This document shows, one piece after another, positions 36,230-40,602 of a stretch of 40,602 bases of DNA. Position 1 is the first letter of the stretch. Every line of letters starts with the position of its first letter. The notes below the pieces were generated by a model, which was given only the letters and a program-made list of their open reading frames with translations, ran no database searches and had not been told where the DNA came from. The DNA is from Candidatus Sumerlaeota bacterium. GTDB lineage: Bacteria > Sumerlaeota > Sumerlaeia > SLMS01 > JAHLLQ01. Made by a program: the position numbers and the translations under genes. The stretch lies in assembly GCA_036751885.1 (NCBI GenBank), contig DAIOTT010000006.1, positions 1 through 40,602 of the forward strand. Direction: 5' to 3'.

Positions 36230-36430
36230 TCACGCCTTTACAGATGTGCCTTCTGCGGGAACAACTTCCACCAAGTAGTAAACTTGGTCTAGCATCCCCT
36301 TCAGTGAAGGAGTCATTTGCTTGGTGATTGTTTGGCCCCGCCGCTTCAAGCCAATTGCTTGAATGGTTTTCCGGTGCTGTTCACGGCAACCGATGGTGCT
36401 TTTTTTCCAGGTGATTTTTACTTCAATCAT
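36230..36430 (-). CDS. rpmD: 50S ribosomal protein L30
   Basis: 66 aa containing IKITWKKSTIGCREQHRKTIQAIGLKRRGQT, between rpsE and rplO. Confidence 0.9.
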   Translation of the reverse strand: MIEVKITWKKSTIGCREQHRKTIQAIGLKRRGQTITKQMTPSLKGMLDQVYYLVEVVPAEGTSVKA

Positions 36431-36491
36431 TGGTCGTAAATCCTTTTCTGAGTTATACGCTCAAGAAACAATCAGGAGAGTTCACCTGATA

Positions 36492-37274
36492 TTATTTATC
36501 GTTTGAATTGTTGTTACGCCCACCGTTTTCACCATCATCGCGGCGACCGCCAGCTGAGTAGGTGCCACGACGGCTTTGTTTTTCTTCGCGTTTTTGTTGG
36601 GCAATGGCTGATTTATTGTTCGCTGCATCTTCACGGCCTTGGCGGTAACGATCTGCTGTTTTCTTGCCCAGCATTTCATCCATCGTCATGCCACGAAGCG
36701 CGCTTGTGCGCTCTGCAGTTTGAAGGTTACGCAAAGCTTCAAAAGTAGCCTTTACAACGTTGATGTTGTTATCGCTGCCCAATACTTTAGTCAGGCAATC
36801 TTGAATGCCAGCGCTTTCAAGTACCGCACGCATTGCAGGGCCGGCGATCAAGCCAGTACCTTCAGAAGCGGGCTTTACTAGCACGCGGCCCGCGCCGAAT
36901 TCACCGATGATTTCATGGGGAACTGTGCGGCCAATGATGGGGACGTTGATGATGTTTTTCTTCGCAGCGCCAACAGCTTTTTGAATTGAGTCGGGAACTT
37001 CGTTTGCTTTACCGAAGCCAACGCCCACGTGGCCGTTTCCATCGCCAACAACGACGAGTGCAGCAAAACTAAAACGGCGCCCGCCCTTTACAACTTTAGC
37101 ACAGCGGTTGAGCTCAACAACTTCCTCGTGCAAATCCAACCCGTTGGGGTCAATACGGCCAGGGGGAGGGGGGATTTCAATTCCCTCGCCACTGCGAGAG
37201 AACTCACCGTTATCACCCTCTTGAGAATGATCGAGAACATCTGTTCCCATGTTGTTATTGTCGACTGAAGACAT
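36492..37274 (-). CDS. rpsE: 30S ribosomal protein S5 with N- and C-terminal extensions
   Basis: The core reads ..[57 protein letters not shown]. The total is 260 aa, against about 167 aa in E. coli. Confidence 0.93.
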   Translation of the reverse strand: MSSVDNNNMGTDVLDHSQEGDNGEFSRSGEGIEIPPPPGRIDPNGLDLHEEVVELNRCAKVVKGGRRFSFAALVVVGDGNGHVGVGFGKANEVPDSIQKAVGAAKKNIINVPIIGRTVPHEIIGEFGAGRVLVKPASEGTGLIAGPAMRAVLESAGIQDCLTKVLGSDNNINVVKATFEALRNLQTAERTSALRGMTMDEMLGKKTADRYRQGREDAANNKSAIAQQKREEKQSRRGTYSAGGRRDDGENGGRNNNSNDK

Positions 37275-37316
37275 GCGAAAAATCTTTCCTTATTGTGTCA
37301 GATATTGAGGGGAAAA

Positions 37317-37703
37317 TTAGAAGATCACGCCTGCTGAGCGAACGGCATCAGCAAACTCTTTAACAACACCATGGTACCGGAAGCCGCCACGATCGAAAAC
37401 GATTGTTTCAACGCCTGCATCCTTGATGCGTTTACCCATTTCAGCGCCAAGCTTTTTGGCGTTTTCAATGTTAGCAAAGTTTTTCTTTTGAACTTCGCCC
37501 TTAACATTTGTTGAAATGTAGAACAATGTGACGCTGCCCGCTTCCGGTGCATCGTTAATCAACTGCGCGTACAAATGGCGTGCTGTTTTACGCACAAGCA
37601 AGCGGGGGCGTTCTGCAACACCAGATATGCTTTTACGAATTCTCCAGCGACGTCGTTGGTGGCGTCCCCATTTGTCTTTTCTGTGTTTCCAATAGTGCTT
37701 CAT
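37317..37703 (-). CDS. rplR: 50S ribosomal protein L18
   Basis: ..RPRLLVRKTARHLYAQLI...IVFDRGGFRYHGVVKEFADAVR. ATG at 37703 is preceded by GGAGG 8 nt upstream, whereas the track's GTG at 37724 lacks an SD. Confidence 0.93.
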   Translation of the reverse strand: MKHYWKHRKDKWGRHQRRRWRIRKSISGVAERPRLLVRKTARHLYAQLINDAPEAGSVTLFYISTNVKGEVQKKNFANIENAKKLGAEMGKRIKDAGVETIVFDRGGFRYHGVVKEFADAVRSAGVIF

Positions 37704-37788
37704 TTTTTTGACCTCCATGGTCACGGAGCCGACGCTTTGTAGACGAGCTCACCACGGCAAATTTTGGGTTAGAGTGTTGACTGATTAA

Positions 37789-38334
37789 TTATTTTTTCTT
37801 GCCGCCGGATTTACCAGCTTTTCTTGGAACATATTCACCCACGTAGCGAACACCTTTACCCTTGTAAGGCTCTGGTGGGCGGTAGGAGCGAAGTTCCGCC
37901 GCTATTTGGCCAACGCGTTGTTTATCGTTGCCCTCAACTTTAATCAGCGTAGGGCTTGGCGTTGTAAACGTAATCCCCTCGGGGCTGGCAACTTCAACAG
38001 GGTGAGAGAAGCCTAAGTTCATGACAAGGGTTTTCCCTTTCATGGCAACTTTGTAACCAACACCTTGAACTTCAAGATCCTTTACAAAGCCTTCCGTAAC
38101 GCCTTTGAACAAGTTCGTGAGCAAACGGTGGTACAAGCCGTGGAAAGCTTTGCTTTCCCGCTCATCATTAAAGCGCGAAACGTAAATTTGATTTTCTTTT
38201 TCTTCAATTTTCACGTGCCCTTTGTAGTTCAATGAAAGCTCCCCTTTGGGGCCTTTCGCTACAACAGTGGTGGGTGTAATTGTAACACTCACGCCTTTGG
38301 GCAACTGGATGGGTACATTACCAATACGAGACAT
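37789..38334 (-). CDS. rplF: 50S ribosomal protein L6
   Basis: MSRIGNVPIQLPKGVSVTI..., 181 aa, in the expected operon position. Confidence 0.95.
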   Translation of the reverse strand: MSRIGNVPIQLPKGVSVTITPTTVVAKGPKGELSLNYKGHVKIEEKENQIYVSRFNDERESKAFHGLYHRLLTNLFKGVTEGFVKDLEVQGVGYKVAMKGKTLVMNLGFSHPVEVASPEGITFTTPSPTLIKVEGNDKQRVGQIAAELRSYRPPEPYKGKGVRYVGEYVPRKAGKSGGKKK

Positions 38335-38417
38335 AATTTTGATTAGCCTTTCTGCAGGGTGGGTAATTTGATTTGAAAGCGGCCTGCTTAATTCAGCGGC
38401 GCTCGTTCAACATCAGC

Positions 38418-38816
38418 TTACCAAATGCTGCAAAGCAACTCGCCTCCTACATTCAATTTACGGCAATCTTTACCGGTTAAAATTCCGTTTGACGTGGAGA
38501 GAATCATAATCCCCATACCGCCGCGCACGCGAGGAATCTCCGTTGCGGGGACGTAACGACGAAGGCCAGGCTTGCTGAGTTTCTCCAAGCCGTTGATGAC
38601 GTGCTCTTTGTTGGGCCCGTACTTTAGGAAAATACGAATGGAGCCTTGCTTGCTGTTTCTCATCACTTTGTAGTATTTGATGAAGCCCTCGTCCTTGAGG
38701 ATTTTGGCAATTGCCGTCTTCATCTGAGAATTCGGAATATCAACGTGATCCTTATTGATCACATTAGCATTACGAATTCGGGTCAGCATATCAGCGATGG
38801 GGTCTGAATGAACCAT
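38418..38816 (-). CDS. rpsH: 30S ribosomal protein S8
   Basis: [14 protein letters not shown]..., 132 aa. Confidence 0.95.
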   Translation of the reverse strand: MVHSDPIADMLTRIRNANVINKDHVDIPNSQMKTAIAKILKDEGFIKYYKVMRNSKQGSIRIFLKYGPNKEHVINGLEKLSKPGLRRYVPATEIPRVRGGMGIMILSTSNGILTGKDCRKLNVGGELLCSIW

Positions 38817-38888
38817 GTTGTGGAGTGCCTCCGGCTTAGTCTCAACCGCGCATGGCGTGCGCGGCGGGTAAAGTTTCTTGTATAAGGG

Positions 38889-39452
38889 TTAGTTGCGGTA
38901 CATCATGCCGAACAAACGGAGAAGCTCTTTTGCTTCAGCGTCGGTTTTGGCAGTTGTGACGGTTGAAATATTCATCCCGCGGTTTTTGGAGATCATGTTG
39001 TATTCTAATTCCACGAAAATGTTGTGTTCACGAATGCCGAGTGAGTGATTGCCACGGCCATCAAAGGCATTAGCGGGAAGACCACGGAAGTCGCGAATAC
39101 GGGGTACGGCTACATTGATCAACCGGTCGTAGAATTCATACATCCGGTGCCCGCGCAGTGTAACGAAACAACCAACAGGCATTCCTTGGCGAATTTTAAA
39201 CTGAGCAACGGAAACTTTAGCGCGAGCTGTAACAGGTTTCTGCCCGGTGATGATTGTGAGCTCCGCTTCAGCGGCGTTCAACTCTTTAATGTCCTTGGAA
39301 GCTTCCCCTACACCCATGTTTACCACAACTTTTTCAAGGCGTGGAATCATCATTGGGTTCGCGTAATTGAATTTTTCCTGCATTGCAGGAGCAATTTCAT
39401 CCCGGTATTTTTGAAGCAAACGAGGTACGTATTGTTTATTTTGTACAGCCAT
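38889..39452 (-). CDS. rplE: 50S ribosomal protein L5
   Basis: 187 aa containing ..[20 protein letters not shown]...[22 protein letters not shown]. Confidence 0.95.
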   Translation of the reverse strand: MAVQNKQYVPRLLQKYRDEIAPAMQEKFNYANPMMIPRLEKVVVNMGVGEASKDIKELNAAEAELTIITGQKPVTARAKVSVAQFKIRQGMPVGCFVTLRGHRMYEFYDRLINVAVPRIRDFRGLPANAFDGRGNHSLGIREHNIFVELEYNMISKNRGMNISTVTTAKTDAEAKELLRLFGMMYRN

Positions 39453-39477
39453 GATGGCGAAATCCTTTCAGCAGCTC

Positions 39478-39834
39478 TTAATCAACGATAGACTTGGAAC
39501 TGTTGCGTCCCTTGGTGATGCGGACTTTTTTTCCGTCTTTGATGGTAATGCCCAAACGAACCGGTTGGCGCGTTTCGGGATCAACGTAAGCAACATTACT
39601 GATGTGAACAGGTTGTTCAATGTGTTCAACACCACCCTCTTGGCCGCCCTCTGTGGGGCGAACTTTATTGTGGTGTGTGGAGAGGTTTACCCCTTCAACA
39701 ATCACCAAATCTTTTTCAGGGAATACGCGAGTCACTACACCTTCGATGCCGACACGGTGGTTGCGTTTTTCGGTTTTCTTTTTGTTCCCGCCGCTGATGA
39801 TGATCACGGGATCGCCTTTGCGAATTAAGCTCAT
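39478..39834 (-). CDS. rplX: 50S ribosomal protein L24
   Basis: ..IRKGDPVIIISGGNK (KOW motif), between rplN and rplE. Confidence 0.92.
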   Translation of the reverse strand: MSLIRKGDPVIIISGGNKKKTEKRNHRVGIEGVVTRVFPEKDLVIVEGVNLSTHHNKVRPTEGGQEGGVEHIEQPVHISNVAYVDPETRQPVRLGITIKDGKKVRITKGRNSSKSIVD

Positions 39835-39855
39835 GGTCTTAGAATCCTTTTAGTA

Positions 39856-40224
39856 TCAATACACTTCAGGTGCGAGAGAAACAATTTTGAGAAAGTTTTT
39901 CGCACGAAGTTCCCGACCAACAGCACCGAAAATACGGGTACCAATTGGCTGGCTGTCTTTGTTGATGATGACGGCAGCGTTATCGTAGAAACGAATGTAG
40001 CTGCCGTCCTCGCGGCCTACTTCTTTAGCTGTACGAACCACAACGGCGCGAACAACTTGACCTTTTTTGACGTTTCCTTGGGGATCCGCCTCGCGAACAG
40101 AACAAACGATGATATCACCAATGGACGCATAGCGACGCTTGGAACCACCGATAACCTTGAAGCAGCGCACTTTTCTAGCGCCACTGTTGTCCGCCACATT
40201 GAGAACCGTATATTCTTGAATCAT
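39856..40224 (-). CDS. rplN: 50S ribosomal protein L14
   Basis: [37 protein letters not shown]..., 122 aa. Confidence 0.96.
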   Translation of the reverse strand: MIQEYTVLNVADNSGARKVRCFKVIGGSKRRYASIGDIIVCSVREADPQGNVKKGQVVRAVVVRTAKEVGREDGSYIRFYDNAAVIINKDSQPIGTRIFGAVGRELRAKNFLKIVSLAPEVY

Positions 40225-40312
40225 GTTACTCTAAACCTCAAAAAAACTTGCCTTTGGAATACTACTTCGAAAAACTGTGACCAGCCAACGAGATGGTTTT
40301 GTTAGCCTGCGA

Positions 40313-40602
40313 TTACTTGGCTCGCTCAATAACTTGAACCAACTCATAGCGCTTCAACTTGGAAAGCTTGCGCGTTACTTCGCGAACCTCAACAGTATCG
40401 CCAATTTGAGCATTGTTCTCTGCATCATGGCAATGAAGCTTGGAATCGCGGCGGATGAACTTCTTATACGTTGGGTGTTGCTTCTTAGTCGTGATATTAA
40501 CAACAATTGTTTTGTCGCCCTTATCACTAACAACCAACCCAATGTACGTACGCCGAACAACGTGACGTTCCTGTGAGCCGGATTGAACAACTAAATCCTG
40601 AT
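40313..40602 (-). CDS. rpsQ: 30S ribosomal protein S17 (5' end probably outside window)
   Basis: ..GLVVSDKGDKTIVVNITTKKQHPTYKKFIRRDSKLHCHD.. The frame stays open upstream to the window edge (..QERHVVRRTYIGLVVSDK). No in-frame ATG or GTG lies upstream of the track's TTG at 40537, so the true start is likely beyond 40602. Confidence 0.88.
   Translation of the reverse strand, partial: QDLVVQSGSQERHVVRRTYIGLVVSDKGDKTIVVNITTKKQHPTYKKFIRRDSKLHCHDAENNAQIGDTVEVREVTRKLSKLKRYELVQVIERAK

Noticed and set aside
1-40602. A scan for CRISPR arrays, tRNA/rRNA genes, IS elements, integrases, and long direct or inverted repeats flanking the low-GC insert.
   Set aside because: I found no regularly spaced repeats, no cloverleaf-like intergenic segments of 70-90 nt and no transposase- or integrase-like ORFs. 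The only motif shared at the insert boundary is the short TAAGGCG after the two paralog stop codons. A by-eye scan cannot exclude short or degenerate elements.

Overview
This is 40.6 kb of gene-dense bacterial chromosome, roughly 50% GC by eye. I saw no rRNA, tRNA, CRISPR array, transposase or integrase. All product calls come from motifs read by eye in the translations; no database search was possible.

The right-hand 11.5 kb (29091-40602, minus strand) is the conserved spc/alpha ribosomal cluster. Its order is S17-L14-L24-L5-S8-L6-L18-S5-L30-L15-SecY-Adk-Map-IF1-S13-S11-S4-RpoA-L17. S14 and L36 are missing from their canonical slots. S5 is unusually long, and there is a terminator-like hairpin between rpsD and rpoA.

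The left 29 kb mixes housekeeping and accessory genes.
- Housekeeping genes: an M24 peptidase 3' end, trmB, dnaN, a phosphohexomutase, asnS, a cyclophilin and asd.
- Glycosyltransferases: two GT-B-type enzymes and one GT-C/ArnT-like membrane enzyme.
- Other recognisable genes: an AIM24-family gene, a TPR protein, a STAS/PP2C partner-switching pair and an FG-GAP repeat protein.
- A minus-strand run of lipoprotein and secreted-protein genes, including a CBM20-like/SGNH esterase and a Cys-less peroxiredoxin-like lipoprotein.

The strongest candidate for something undescribed is an abrupt low-GC insertion at 22405-24035 (about 25-35% GC against about 50% in the flanks). It lies between the GT-C gene and asnS.
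- It carries two tandem paralogous multi-pass membrane proteins built from a repeated module.
- The two share a C-terminal soluble domain, ILKDDDW(Y/F)RGQE...YYEK.IN.KA, that I cannot assign to any family.
- Just upstream sits a 32-codon hydrophobic small ORF with its own Shine-Dalgarno (SD) sequence.
- A perfect 12-bp-stem terminator follows that small ORF, and it lies inside the ORF-track version of the second paralog.

Other unusual items are a GNAT(SSAT-like)-RNase HI fusion and a long-form NagB enzyme with a 110-residue histone-H1-like Ala/Lys/Pro tail. A pseudo-receiver/PP2C protein has substitutions at expected catalytic positions. Two divergent genes have ATG start codons that overlap on a CATG next to a 12-bp tandem repeat.
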